A stretch of DNA of 64,000 nucleotides from Spirochaetia bacterium. GTDB taxonomy: Bacteria > Spirochaetota > Spirochaetia > SZUA-6 > Bin103. A program made the translations under genes and the position numbers. Under the pieces are notes generated by a model. That model was not told the DNA's origin. It made no database searches and saw only the letters and a list, made by a program, of their open reading frames with translations. The DNA lies in the NCBI GenBank assembly GCA_965208575.1, contig CBDBOV010000003.1:64001-128000 (forward strand), read 5' to 3'. The stretch's first letter is position 1, and each line of letters begins with the position of its first letter. This document shows, one piece after another, positions 42,094 through 52,643 of this stretch.

Positions 42094-42133
42094 TCTTGTT
42101 GGAGGAAGTGGCTAAAGGAGAGAGGCGTGTGAC

Positions 42134-43096
42134 ATGAGAGCCTACATCATCAGGCGGCTATTGCTGATGATCCTTTCACTGTTTCTCTTGACCATCCTGG
42201 TATTTCTCTCGGTGCGCTTGCTCCCCGGCGATGTCATAGACGCAATACTGAGTCGGATGATGGAAATATCAACGGTAGGGACGATTGACCGGGAAGCACT
42301 TGAGCGTCAGCTGGGATTGGACGTGCCTGGCTACGTACAGTATGCCCGCTGGTTGGTGGGGATTCTCCTGCGCGGCAGCCTTGGCGAATCACTGATGGGT
42401 CGAGGAGCGGTGGAACAGCAGATAATCAACAGACTACCGGTCACCCTCGAGCTTGGCCTCCTGGCAATCGTGATCGGGCTGGTGATTGCCCTGCCGGTGG
42501 GCATCTTTTCGGCCGTTCGCCAGGATACCGCCGCCGACTACGCGGGGCGCTCCATCGCCATTGTCGGTCTGGCAACGCCCAACTTCTGGCTGGGCATTAT
42601 GGTCATGGTCTACCCGGCAATCTGGTGGGGCTGGTCGCCATCGATGGAGCTGATTCCGTTCTCTGAAGACCCGTTGGGTAATCTGGGCATGTTCCTCATT
42701 CCCAGCCTGATTCTCGGGACAGCCTCGGCAGCCGCCATCATGCGGCTGACGCGCACCATGATGCTGGAGGTGCTGCGCCAGGACTACATTCGCACCGCTT
42801 GGTCCAAGGGGCTTCGGGAGAAAGTCGTGATTATCCGGCATACCATCAAGAATGCCCTGATCCCGGTGGTGAGTCTGATCGGCCTGCAGGTGCCGATCCT
42901 GGTTGGCGGCTCCGTCATCATGGAAAACATCTTCAACCTGCCTGGAATAGGTCGTCTCGCCCTGATCGCCCTCAATGACAGAGACTTCACGATGGTCGCC
43001 GGAGTAAACTTGTTCTTCGCAGCCACGGTTATGGGGGCCAATCTTGTCACCGACCTGATCTATGCGTTCTTGGATCCCAGAGTTCGTTACCACTAG
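42134..43096 (+). CDS. Opp/Dpp-type ABC permease B
   Basis: MRAYIIRR, LPGD, TPNFWL, QDYIRTAWSKGL, LDPRVR. Confidence 0.93.
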   Translation: MRAYIIRRLLLMILSLFLLTILVFLSVRLLPGDVIDAILSRMMEISTVGTIDREALERQLGLDVPGYVQYARWLVGILLRGSLGESLMGRGAVEQQIINRLPVTLELGLLAIVIGLVIALPVGIFSAVRQDTAADYAGRSIAIVGLATPNFWLGIMVMVYPAIWWGWSPSMELIPFSEDPLGNLGMFLIPSLILGTASAAAIMRLTRTMMLEVLRQDYIRTAWSKGLREKVVIIRHTIKNALIPVVSLIGLQVPILVGGSVIMENIFNLPGIGRLALIALNDRDFTMVAGVNLFFAATVMGANLVTDLIYAFLDPRVRYH

Positions 43097-43111
43097 GGAG
43101 AATCGTCACGT

Positions 43112-44014
43112 ATGAGGGAGCACAGGAGACGTGCCGGGATTGCTGGTTTCCTGCTCAGGTTGGTCAAGGAAAAGCCACTGGGCACTGTTTGCGGGATTAT
43201 CGTACTTATATTGATTCTCGTGGCTATCTTCGCGGATGCTCTGGCTCCCTATGAACACTATCAAATGCACCTGAAAGACCGGATGCAGGGCTCCTCAGCC
43301 CGGTATCTGCTCGGTACCGACCACCTGGGGCGCGACTTCCTGAGCCGAATCATCTATGGGGCCCGTATTTCACTGACGGTCGGTCTGGCCGCGACCGCTC
43401 TCAATGTCGTAGTCGCTGTACTGGTAGGCGGCGTTTCAGGATTCTTTGGCGGTAAAGCAGACCTCGTGGTGCAGAGGTTTGTCGATACCTGGATGTCGTT
43501 CCCGAGTCTGATCCTGTTGTTGACCGTTATGTCCGTATTGGGGAAGGGTTTAGTCCAGATAATAGTCGTGCTTGGAGTAGCAGGAGGCATCGGCAGCTCA
43601 AGAGTAGTCAGAGGCGCCGTTATCGCAGTAAAAGAGAATACCTATTTTCAGGCGGCGGAGTCGATCGGCTCTTCCAAGTGGAGAGCCTATATCCGACATG
43701 TGCTGCCCAATATCGTGGCTCCCGTAATCATCATATTCAGCATCAACATTGGGGGCGTGATCATGTCCGAGTCTGCTCTGAGTTTTCTTGGATTTGGATT
43801 GCCACCCGGTATTCCGAGCTGGGGAGGGATGCTCAGCCGGGAAGGGCGTCAATACATGGAGGAAGGGCCATGGCTGGCGCTCTGGCCAGGTCTCTATCTT
43901 ACGATTCTCGTCTACAGTCTGAACATGTTCGGCGATGCGGTAAGGGACCTGCTCGACCCGAGGCTGAGGGGTGGCGCGGGGCGCTATGGTGCCCATACCG
44001 GCAAGTCGGTCTAG
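43112..44014 (+). CDS. Opp/Dpp-type ABC permease C
   Basis: LGTDHLGRD, RHVLPN, LSFLGFG, PSWGGML, GDAVRDLLDPR. Confidence 0.93.
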   Translation: MREHRRRAGIAGFLLRLVKEKPLGTVCGIIVLILILVAIFADALAPYEHYQMHLKDRMQGSSARYLLGTDHLGRDFLSRIIYGARISLTVGLAATALNVVVAVLVGGVSGFFGGKADLVVQRFVDTWMSFPSLILLLTVMSVLGKGLVQIIVVLGVAGGIGSSRVVRGAVIAVKENTYFQAAESIGSSKWRAYIRHVLPNIVAPVIIIFSINIGGVIMSESALSFLGFGLPPGIPSWGGMLSREGRQYMEEGPWLALWPGLYLTILVYSLNMFGDAVRDLLDPRLRGGAGRYGAHTGKSV

Positions 44015-44110
44015 AAGAGCACGCGCACAACGGCATGGCAGGTGCGGATCTCAAGTGATGTGCGCCGATGCGGTTGCAAGCTTGGACCGAGCCGCCCGCT
44101 GCGGCCAGGG

Positions 44111-45241
44111 TCACCGGGGCGGCCGCGTCCGAGGCCGCCGCTGGCCCGAGACGGCGCGGGCCGGGCTGCGGTAGACCCCGAGCGCGCGCCCACCGCCGCC
44201 CTTGAGGCGCGGGTCGAGCAGGTCGCGTACGGCGTCGCCGAACATGTTGACGCCGTACACCACCACCGCCAGACAGATGCCGGGAAACAGCGCCAGCTCC
44301 GGCTTGCGCTCCATGTAGCGGCGGCCGTCGAAGCTGAGCATGCCGCCCCAGCTCGGCACCTCCAGCGGCAGGCCGAAGCCGAGGAAGCTGAGCGCCGCCT
44401 CGTCCAGGATGATGTAGCCGATGTTGATGGAGTAGATGACGATCACCGGCGCCACGATGTTGGGCAGCACGTGGCGCAGCACGGTGCGCAGCCTGCGGTT
44501 GCCGATCGCGGCCGCCGCCGCGATGTAGTCGTTCTCCTTGATGCCGATCACGGCGCTGCGCAGGACGCGCGAGTTGTGGATGCCGTACAGGACGCCCAGC
44601 ACCACGATGATCTGCAACGTGCCGCGGCCGACGATCGACATTACCGTGAGCAGCACCAGCAGCCCCGGAAACGCCATCCAGCCGTCCACGAAGCGCTGCA
44701 CCACGAGGTCGTAGCGGCCGCCGAGGTAGCCGGACGGCACCCCGATCGCCGCCGCCACCACGATGGTCACCGTGGTCGCGGCCAGGCCCACCACCAGCGA
44801 GATGCGGGCGCCGTGAATCAGCCGGGTCAGGATGTCGCGGCCCGCCCCGTCGGCACCCAGCAGGTGCCTGGCGGACGGCGGCGCCAGCCGGTCCATCACG
44901 ATCATCTCGTCCACCTCGTAGCGGGTCAGCACGTCGGCGAAGATCCCGCACACCAGCAGCAGCAGGATGATGATCGCCCCCACCAGGCCGAGCGGCTTCT
45001 CGCGCACCAGGCGCACGAAGAAGTCGGCCACCGGGCCGCGCGCACCGGCGCCGCGCGGGCCACGATCCGGTGAACCCGTGTCCGGTGAGTGTACGCGGCG
45101 CGTGACGCGGCGGCGCGGTGTGGCTTCCGGTCCACCGGATGGGTGGGGGGAGGCCCGGCTGTCTTGGCCGCCCACGTCGCGGGAGTTGCCGGCTCGGGCG
45201 CGGTTGCCGTTGCCGGCGCCGCCGTCGGCAAGATCCGCCAT
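44111..45241 (-). CDS. Opp/Dpp-type ABC permease C (inverted module)
   Basis: LGADGAGRD, RHVLPN, PSWGGML, GDAVRDLLDPR. Confidence 0.9.
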   Translation of the reverse strand: MADLADGGAGNGNRARAGNSRDVGGQDSRASPHPSGGPEATPRRRVTRRVHSPDTGSPDRGPRGAGARGPVADFFVRLVREKPLGLVGAIIILLLLVCGIFADVLTRYEVDEMIVMDRLAPPSARHLLGADGAGRDILTRLIHGARISLVVGLAATTVTIVVAAAIGVPSGYLGGRYDLVVQRFVDGWMAFPGLLVLLTVMSIVGRGTLQIIVVLGVLYGIHNSRVLRSAVIGIKENDYIAAAAAIGNRRLRTVLRHVLPNIVAPVIVIYSINIGYIILDEAALSFLGFGLPLEVPSWGGMLSFDGRRYMERKPELALFPGICLAVVVYGVNMFGDAVRDLLDPRLKGGGGRALGVYRSPARAVSGQRRPRTRPPR

Positions 45242-46209
45242 TACCGGTACCTGACCCGCGGGTCGAGGAACGCGTAGGACAGGTCCACCAGCAGGTTGGC
45301 CAGCACCACCGCGGTGGCGATCACCAGGTTGATGCCGGACACCAGCGTGTAGTCGCGCCGCTGCAGGGCGTCCAGCGCCAGCCGCCCGAGACCGGGCAGC
45401 GCGAAGATCTGCTCAATGATCACGGCGCCGCCCACCATCACCGGCAGGCTGGCGCCGACGATGGTCACCACCGGGATCAGCGCGTTCTGCAGCGCGTGTC
45501 CGATCACTACCGCGCGCTGCCGCAGCCCCTTGGACCACGCCGTCCTGATGTAGTCCTGGCGCAGTACCTCCAGCATCATGGCACGCGTCATGCGCATGGT
45601 GGTGCCGGCCATCGCCATCGCCAGGATGAACGCCGGGACCACGAACATGCCCAGGTTGGCGAGCGGATCGTCCCGGAACCGCACCAGCTCCGGGCTGGGC
45701 GACCATCCCCACCAGATCGCCGGGTACAGCACCACCAGCGTCGCCACCCAGAAGCTCGGCACGGCGATGAACACGATCGCCACGCTGCGCGCCGCGAAGT
45801 CGCCGGCGGTGTCCTGGCGCACCGCCGAGTAGATGCCGATCGGCAGCGAGATCAACAGCGACAGCAGCACCGCCAGGAAGCCGAGCTCGAAGGTCACCCC
45901 GATGCGGCTGCCGATCATCTGCGTCACCGGCAGGTGCGAGCGCAGCGAGTCGCCCAGGCTGCCGCGCAGCACGATGCCGGACAGCCAGCGCGCGTACTGC
46001 ACGTGCATCGGCACGTCCAGTCCGAGCGCCTTCTCCAGCGCTTCGCGGTCGAACACCTCGGCGCCGGCGGTGCCGCCGCCCACCACCTCGGCCGCCATGG
46101 CGTCGATCACGTCGACCGGCAGCAGGCGCACCACCGCGAACACGATCAGCGACACCATGAACAGGGTGACGACGACCAGCAGCAGCCGGCGGATCAGGTA
46201 GGTGTGCAC
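45241..46209 (-). CDS. Opp/Dpp-type ABC permease B (inverted module)
   Basis: YLIRRLL, PSFWVA, QDYIRTAWSKGL, LDPRVR. Confidence 0.92.
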   Translation of the reverse strand: MHTYLIRRLLLVVVTLFMVSLIVFAVVRLLPVDVIDAMAAEVVGGGTAGAEVFDREALEKALGLDVPMHVQYARWLSGIVLRGSLGDSLRSHLPVTQMIGSRIGVTFELGFLAVLLSLLISLPIGIYSAVRQDTAGDFAARSVAIVFIAVPSFWVATLVVLYPAIWWGWSPSPELVRFRDDPLANLGMFVVPAFILAMAMAGTTMRMTRAMMLEVLRQDYIRTAWSKGLRQRAVVIGHALQNALIPVVTIVGASLPVMVGGAVIIEQIFALPGLGRLALDALQRRDYTLVSGINLVIATAVVLANLLVDLSYAFLDPRVRYR

Positions 46210-46391
46210 CGGTCAGCGGGCGCCGGACCGCACCGGACGCGCTGGGGCCCGTCCGGTGCCGGGCGCGCTGAGGGCCGTCCGGTGGTGCCCTCCGAGGCGG
46301 CGCAAGAAGCGGCCGCCAGGGGAAGAGGCCCCCGGCGGCCGCGAGGTTCTCAAGTCAGATGCGAATCGCAGCCGTGTTTCGCCGCGGGCTG

Positions 46392-47345
46392 CTACTCGTG
46401 GCCCATTTCGGCGCGGAGGTCCTGGTCGATCCACAGGTAGGTCAGCACCTGCAGGGTGCGCTCGGTGCTGCCGCCCCACTCGCCGCGGTAGCCCTTGATC
46501 CACGGCTGGTACAGCGCGTGGAACGGCCCGCGCGGCAGCACCAGGTTGTACACCTGGCTGATGATGTAGTTGTCCATCTCCTTGAACGAGGCCACCAGCG
46601 CGTCCTGGTCGGGCGCCGCCATGGCGGCGTCGATCATGGCGTTGAGCGTGTCGTCGGTGACCTGCGTGTTGACGTTCGGAGATCCATACCAGTGGGCCGT
46701 TACCCAGAACGGGTTGTCCAGGTTCGGCCGCCGCGGCGACCACACCGAGTTCAGTTCCTTGGCCCTGCCCTCGCCCTTGGCGGTCCAGGCCATGCCGCCG
46801 TCCTCGTACAGGTTGATCTCGACGTCGACGCCGATCTTGTCCCAGTAGCTGGTCACCACCTGGGCCAGGTCCAGGTCGTTGCTGGAGCATGGGCACACGT
46901 CCCAACCGGCGCTGAACCTGGTGCCGCCGGCACCGCGCGGATAACCCGCCTCGTCGAGCAGCCGCTCGGCGCCGGCCGGGTCGAAGGTGTACAGCTCCTG
47001 CACCTCCGCCGGCCACTCGTCGAACGGGTTGGACATGCCCAGGGCGAAGCGCGGGATGTGGCCCCACAGCGAGGTGTCCGCCTCGCCGCCGAAGAACGCG
47101 GCGTTGAGCTCGTCGAGGTCGATCGCCTTCTGCATCGCCGCACGCACCCGCACGTCGTCGAACGGCGGCTTCGATGCCGTGAACGTCGGGCTGGTATTCT
47201 CGTTGTGCCCGAGCAGCAGCTTGACCAGCTCGGGGTTGGACTTGGCCAGGGCGTCCACCTGTTCCAGCGACAGGCCGGGCGCGAACGCGCTCCTGCCGGT
47301 GCGCAGCGCCGCCACCCGGGCGGCGGCGTCCGGCATGATGAACAT
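46392..47345 (-). pseudogene. Family 5 solute-binding protein, C-terminal half only
   Basis: IMPDAAARVAALRTG, PPFDDVRVR, QPWIKGY, LWIDQDL; lacks signal peptide and about 280 N-terminal aa present in paralogues. Confidence 0.8.
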
Positions 47346-47411
47346 TATGCCCCACCCTCCCGCGCCGTCAAGCAAGCCGAGCTGGCCGGCTGTCCGGCCA
47401 CCACCTTCAGG

Positions 47412-47604
47412 TTACGCAAGGCCTGCCGTGAGCCCGAGGCACCTGGCGCAGAGGTTCATGCCCTTGTCGTGCGAGAACAGCGCTATCCCACCGACCTCCT
47501 CGCCGACCGCGAGCGCGGTCGCGACATGCAGCGCGTCGAGGGTGCGCACGTGCACCCGGGAACGGTTCCATCGCCCGCCGCTTGATCTGCGTCGACATCT
47601 CCAG
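47412..47604 (-). pseudogene. VapC/PIN toxin 3' remnant
   Basis: VRTLDALHVATAL...FSHD...ARCLGL; frameshifted, no N-terminus. Confidence 0.7.
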
Positions 47605-47670
47605 CGCCAAAGTCCAGCGGCGTCTCCGCCGTGGGCGGCACAGGAGACGGCGCCGCGGCCAATCTGATCA
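47605..47670. repeat. ~66-bp dispersed element, copy 2
   Basis: CGTCTCC-GCCG TGGG CGGC-ACA-GGAGACG hairpin. Confidence 0.75.
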
Positions 47671-47825
47671 ATTCGAGACCCGCGCAGCGCCGCCTTCGGG
47701 AAGCTGGCGCTCACGGACCCTGTCATTCACAGGTGGCCGCACATCAACCGGCTGCCATGGCATGCACGTAGGTGCCGGTTGACGTTGCGCGGGGGACCGC
47801 GTATACATGATGTGGAGTTGTATAC

Positions 47826-48125
47826 GTGCAAACGGTAACCGTGTCGTTGCGACTGCCGGAGTCCGAGGTGTCTCGGCTGGAGAGCGCCGCGCAGGCTATG
47901 GGTGTCGACCGCTCCACCCTGTTGCGGTGGGCGGTCAGACGGGGCGCCAGCGCGCTCCTGCTCGAACGTGCGTGCGACGCCTACCGGCGCGGGGAAGTAA
48001 CCCTCTCGCGCGCCGCCGAGATGGCCGGCCTGAGCCTCCGTGACCTGATTCTCCGGTTGCGCGGTCAGGACCTGGTGTTGAACTACGGTCCGGAGGACTT
48101 GGCGGCGGACCTGCAGCCGCTTTGA
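47826..48125 (+). CDS. UPF0175-family antitoxin
   Basis: RHH-like N-terminus; YRRGEVTLSRAAEMAGLS...DL. Confidence 0.82.
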   Translation: MQTVTVSLRLPESEVSRLESAAQAMGVDRSTLLRWAVRRGASALLLERACDAYRRGEVTLSRAAEMAGLSLRDLILRLRGQDLVLNYGPEDLAADLQPL

Positions 48126-48613
48126 CCGTCGTCGCCGATGCCAGCCCGCTGATTTTTCTGGGCAAGATCCGGCGGCTTGCCCTGATTCACCGCGTCCTGG
48201 GAGGCGACGTCGTCGTCCCGCAGCAGGTTCGAGACGAGGTGTTGGCGCGGCCGCTCGACCCCGCCGAATCCGACGAGCTGCATCGGTTCCTGGCGACGGT
48301 ACGCATGGAACGTGTCGACAGCCCGCGAGTCTTTGCCGCCGGCATGAGCCGCGCCGACAACGCCGCCATGACGCTGGCCGTCCGACTTGAGGCGGACCTG
48401 CTGCTCGCCGACGACCGGACCGTTCGCCGCTTGGCCGCGGTGGAAGGCATTCGACCGCTCGGCACGCTCGGCGTGCTGCTGCTCGCGCTGCGGCGGGGAC
48501 TGGTGGAGCGGGCCGAGGTGCGCCGGCTGGTCGACGAACTCGTACGCTCCCATGGCTTCCGCATCGGGGTGGAACTGTATGCCGCGGTGATTCGCGAAGT
48601 CGACCGGCCGTAG
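48122..48613 (+). CDS. DUF3368-family PIN-domain toxin
   Basis: VVADASPLIFL, LLADDR..RR.A...G....GTLGVL; overlaps the antitoxin stop. Confidence 0.82.
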   Translation: MTVVADASPLIFLGKIRRLALIHRVLGGDVVVPQQVRDEVLARPLDPAESDELHRFLATVRMERVDSPRVFAAGMSRADNAAMTLAVRLEADLLLADDRTVRRLAAVEGIRPLGTLGVLLLALRRGLVERAEVRRLVDELVRSHGFRIGVELYAAVIREVDRP

Positions 48614-48673
48614 CTGCAGTGGCTCGAACGTTCGGATTCGCTGCCGGCGATCCAGCAATGCCCATATACGACG

Positions 48674-48850
48674 GTGATACGGATATCTGCAACCGAGGCG
48701 AGCCGTTCGTTCTCGAAGCTGCTCGACCGGATCGAATCGGACGGTGGCTGTCGTCGAAGGCATTCGACCGCTCGGCACGCTTGGCGTATTGCTGCGGGCG
48801 CTGCGGCGGGGACTGCTCGGCCGGGCCGAGGTGCGCCTCTGATCGTTGAG
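48674..48850 (+). pseudogene. Phd/YefM antitoxin 5' remnant fused to a second DUF3368 3' fragment
   Basis: MIRISATEASRSFSKLLDRIES, then GAAGGCATTCGACCGCTCGGCACGCT duplicated from 48443. Confidence 0.7.
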
Positions 48851-48890
48851 ATCGATTCGATGCGGCCACGATCCGCTATGGGTTGCCGCG

Positions 48891-50096
48891 TCATTCGACA
48901 GGATACATGCCGGGGGACGAGCGGAGTTGTCTGGTCTCGGGAAGTGCTTCTCCCTGCGTCGGTGCGGCGTGGTCGAGGAGGTAAGCCATCAGCGAGGGAA
49001 TTCCGGGCTCGTAGCGAACCGGCGGAAGCTGGCCGGGCGGGCGCCAGACGAAGCCCAGGCGCTGCAGGGCGGCCAGGGCCGTATGCACCTGCCGCGGGTC
49101 CGCGTTCGCAGCGAGACCGGCGGCGACCGCGGACTTCAACTGCTCATAGGTGAGCGTCGGCATGGATTGAAAACGGTCGGCCACGCGCTCGGCGACGGCC
49201 AGCCAGCCGGATCGATCCAACTCGATATACCGGTCCTCGTAGTAGTCGGTGACCCTGGTTGCCACGTCGGGCTGCGCTGCCGCCGCGTGGGCGGCGGTCA
49301 GCCGGGTCGCGCCGGTCGCCAAGCGCCGCTGCCACAGGGCGCGGCCCCAGACCTGGATGAAGTACGGGTAGCATTGGCTGTCCTTGACCACCGCATCGAG
49401 GGTGGCGGCGTCGATGCTCACGCCATGAGCCGCGAGCGGCACGACCAGAGCAGCGCGGGCGGCGCCCGAACTCAGCAGGCCGATGCCCAGGCGACCTTCG
49501 TCCAGCCGACTCCAGAACGTCGCATTCATGGCGCCAAGATGCGCCGCCAGGCCCGGCGTGCCGGCCAGCACCAGCAGAAACGGCGCCTCGTCGCGCACCT
49601 GCTGACTGGCGTTGAGCAGCGTTCTGCCCACCTCGAGGTCAAGCGTGTGCGCCTCGTCGACCAGCGTCGCCAGCGGCCTCCTGCGGCACCGGGCGGTCAA
49701 CTCCTGCCGCAGGTTGCGCATGCCCCCGGCCGGCGGCGCCCACTCGACCGAGCCCACCGCTGCCACGCCAAGTTTCCGGGGCAGCAGCTTCGCCAACCCG
49801 GGCGGCGGCGTGAGAACCTCGGTCAGTGCGTCCCGGGTGGGGATGTCGGCAGGGGTCAGGCTCACCACGTCCACTTCCGGTTCGCGGTCTCGGCAGGCGC
49901 GCTTGAACCAGTTGAGCAGCACCGTCTTGCCGGTGCCGCGCGGCCCCGTCAGGGCGACGTTGTGCGGTGGAGCCCGACCTCCGAGCAGGTCGCCCAGGCA
50001 CCGCGTCAGCACGGCCTCCTCCCGCTCGCGTCCGGTGAGGGCCGGCGGCGTGGCGCCGTCGCCGGGAGTGAACAGGCGTTGCTCGATTGCCTTCAT
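48891..50096 (-). CDS. P-loop ATPase (AAA_16 / archaeal ATPase-like) with probable C-terminal wHTH
   Basis: FTPG.G..PP.LTGRE.E, GPRGTGKT, LVDEAH, YPYFIQ. Confidence 0.85.
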   Translation of the reverse strand: MKAIEQRLFTPGDGATPPALTGREREEAVLTRCLGDLLGGRAPPHNVALTGPRGTGKTVLLNWFKRACRDREPEVDVVSLTPADIPTRDALTEVLTPPPGLAKLLPRKLGVAAVGSVEWAPPAGGMRNLRQELTARCRRRPLATLVDEAHTLDLEVGRTLLNASQQVRDEAPFLLVLAGTPGLAAHLGAMNATFWSRLDEGRLGIGLLSSGAARAALVVPLAAHGVSIDAATLDAVVKDSQCYPYFIQVWGRALWQRRLATGATRLTAAHAAAAQPDVATRVTDYYEDRYIELDRSGWLAVAERVADRFQSMPTLTYEQLKSAVAAGLAANADPRQVHTALAALQRLGFVWRPPGQLPPVRYEPGIPSLMAYLLDHAAPTQGEALPETRQLRSSPGMYPVE

Positions 50097-50189
50097 ATCG
50101 ACCAACGTAACGTATATCAGACCACCGCATCAGCGCCAACGGCCGAGATCTCGGCATGCTGGTCGCGCGTGCGGGAAGGCGTCACGCCG

Positions 50190-50239
50190 ATCACCGTGTT
50201 CAGTCTGAACATGTTCGGCGACGCGCTGCGCGACCTGCT
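50190..50239 (+). pseudogene. 50-bp permease C 3' fragment
   Basis: Identical to 62325-62374. Confidence 0.8.
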
Positions 50240-50574
50240 TCGAATACGACGAACAGCCGGCCGGCGCTCGCGGGGCGGCGGCCGACGCGCGTCGCATCCA
50301 GCGCCTGTGCGCCCGCATCGCGGCGGATATCGAACGGGCGGCTGTCGCGCGGCAGGAGCAGGCCGGCGGAGACCGGGAGCCGCCCGCCGGCGCAGCCGAT
50401 TAGCGCGTCAGGACGCGGTTGCGTTCCGCGCTGCGCATGCGGCATGACGTGGTCGCCGGACGGAGCGAAAGACATGCTCGCCGAGAATTGCCTGTTCGGA
50501 CGGTCCGCCCGCCTGGCCGCCTCGGGCCGTTTGACGGTGCCCTCCTCAGCTGCTACAGTATCTCCGATTAGGGC

Positions 50575-50777
50575 CCTCCGCGGGCCGTGCGCTCGGCCTT
50601 GAACACCGAAATCCCCGCAAAAAGGAGGTGCAGTTCGCGGCCCGAGTTCATGACGCTCATGCCGGGTGCGTGACGACCTGAGATTGCCGTCGCTGTTTGG
50701 CCGCCTGCGCTGCGGGCGCGAGAGTGCGCAGGGAACGGCAACTCGCTCAAGCACTCTCAGAATCTGGAGAGTTCAGT
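50575..50777 (+). promoter_or_regulatory. 3' half of conserved structured leader (copy C)
   Basis: Homologous to about 58440-58685; several complementary segments. Confidence 0.65.
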
Positions 50778-52560
50778 ATGAATCATCCGAGAATTGCACA
50801 CACCTTGGTGTTTGTGCTCGTGCTCAGCTTGGCCGCAACCGGCCTCTGGGCGGCCGCGGAGAGCGAGGAGCCGGCCGCGGCGGTGGAGAAGGAGATGGTG
50901 CTCGACCCATCCACCGGCGAGATGGTGGAGGCGCCACGCTACGGTGGGACCATCACCTACGGCCGGCCCAACCATGGGGAGCATACCGATGCCTGGTACA
51001 TCGGCGGCTGGGCGAGCCACTTCACCAGCGAGGTCCTCGAGAAGCTCGTCATCGGCGATTGGGCGATAGACCGGAGCGTGAACCACTTGCGCACCTACGA
51101 CCAGCCCTTTTCCATCAATCGAGGGGCGTTGGCGGAAAGCTGGGAAACGCCAGATGCGACCACGATGATCGCCCACATCCGACAGGGCGTTCACTGGCAC
51201 GACAAGGCACCGATGAACGGCAGGGAGCTGACCGCAAAAGATATCGAGTTCAACTATCATCGTCTCTATGGGATCGGCAGCGGCTTCACCGAATCGTGCC
51301 CCGTGTGTGGCGGCAAGGAAAAGAACCTCGAATCCATAACGGCCACTGACGATTGGACGGTGGTTTTCAAGCTGAAGCAGCCTGACCTTCTTGCCCTGGA
51401 CAAGTTCTTCGACCCCTGGGAGACCTTCATCCACGCGCCTGAGGTGATCAAGGAGCACGGCGACGTCAAGGACTGGCGGAACATGGTCGGCACCGGCCCC
51501 ATGGAGCTCACGGAGTATATCGATGCCACCTCCATGAAATGGACCAGGGTCCCCAACTACTGGGGGTTCGATGAGAAATTTCCCCAGAACCGCTTGCCCT
51601 ACGTCGACGAGATCAACGCCGTCATCATGACCGATATGGCGGCGCGGCTGGCGGCCCTGCGGTCGGGGAAGATTGACATACTCGGGACGGCCGGCGACTC
51701 TCAAATCAGGTCGGTCGACCAGTTGAAGAGCCTGCAGGAGAAGAATCCCGAGATCAACGTGTGGACCTTCGATTTTCGGGCCGGCACAGGTTTCGTGTTC
51801 AACAACGTCAACAACCCGCCCTTTGATGACATCCGCGTGCGCCGGGCCATGCAGATGGCGCTGGATCTGGAGACGATTCAATGCGACCTTCTTCGGCGGT
51901 TTGGGAGATCCGACTCCGAACGGATTGTGGGCCAACTCCAAGGAGGGGGTTGGCACGCCCTTCGACCAGTGGACCGAAGAGATCAAGCCATACTACCGGT
52001 ATGACCCGGAAGGAGCGAAGCAATTGCTGGCCGATGCGGGCTATCCCGATGGCTTCAACACCCGTTTGGACTACGACGTGCGCGCCGATACGAGCTACGC
52101 GGAATTGATCGCGAACTACTGGCGTGAGATTGGCGTGGAAGTCGAGATCCACACGGCGGACGCTACGCAAACCACGGTGTTCTGGCGAGACAATACTGCG
52201 GAAGGAATGATCGGTGGGACCACGGCCATGACGTATAGCGCTGCAGGCCTGGAGAACTGGATCACTGGGGGAACGTGGAACGGGTCCGCGGGCAGCGACC
52301 CGGAACTTGATGAACTCTGGGGGCGTGCCGAGTTTGCGGCCACGATCGACGAGCAGAACGCGGCGTTCAAAAGGATGAACATGCGCCTCTCGGAACTGCA
52401 TTGGGTCCTTACTGGTCCCGTGTCCCCGCAATTCAACGTCGCCCAACCGTGGATCAAGGGGTATAACGGCGAGGTCGCGATCAGCATAAATGGCCAATAC
52501 TCGACGGTCTTGACCCGCGTATGGGTCGACCAGGATCTGAAGCGGGAGATGGGCTTCTAA
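50778..52560 (+). pseudogene. Family 5 solute-binding protein with single +1 frameshift near 51879
   Basis: ORF1 ...LDLETI continues in ORF2 as NATFFGG; paralogue reads LDMETINETY; could be a sequencing error. Confidence 0.85.
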
Positions 52561-52592
52561 GGAGTCGCTACGGGAGTCTCCTGCTCGCGAAG

Positions 52593-52632
52593 AAGGGGCG
52601 CTGGGATCCTCGCCGGTCCCGGCGCCCTTTTT
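52593..52632 (+). terminator. Intercistronic hairpin/terminator after SBP
   Basis: AAGGGGCGCTGGGATC...GGTCCCGGCGCCCTTTTT. Confidence 0.7.
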
Positions 52633-52643
52633 GAAAGGACGAC

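Noticed and set aside
50660-50740. TPP riboswitch (GGGTGC...CTGAGA...CCTG...GCGCAGGGAA)
   Set aside because: Lacks the CCUGAUC and UAAUGCC core, and the paralogous copy reads CTGAGG and GTGGGCAGGG, losing the TPP-critical bases
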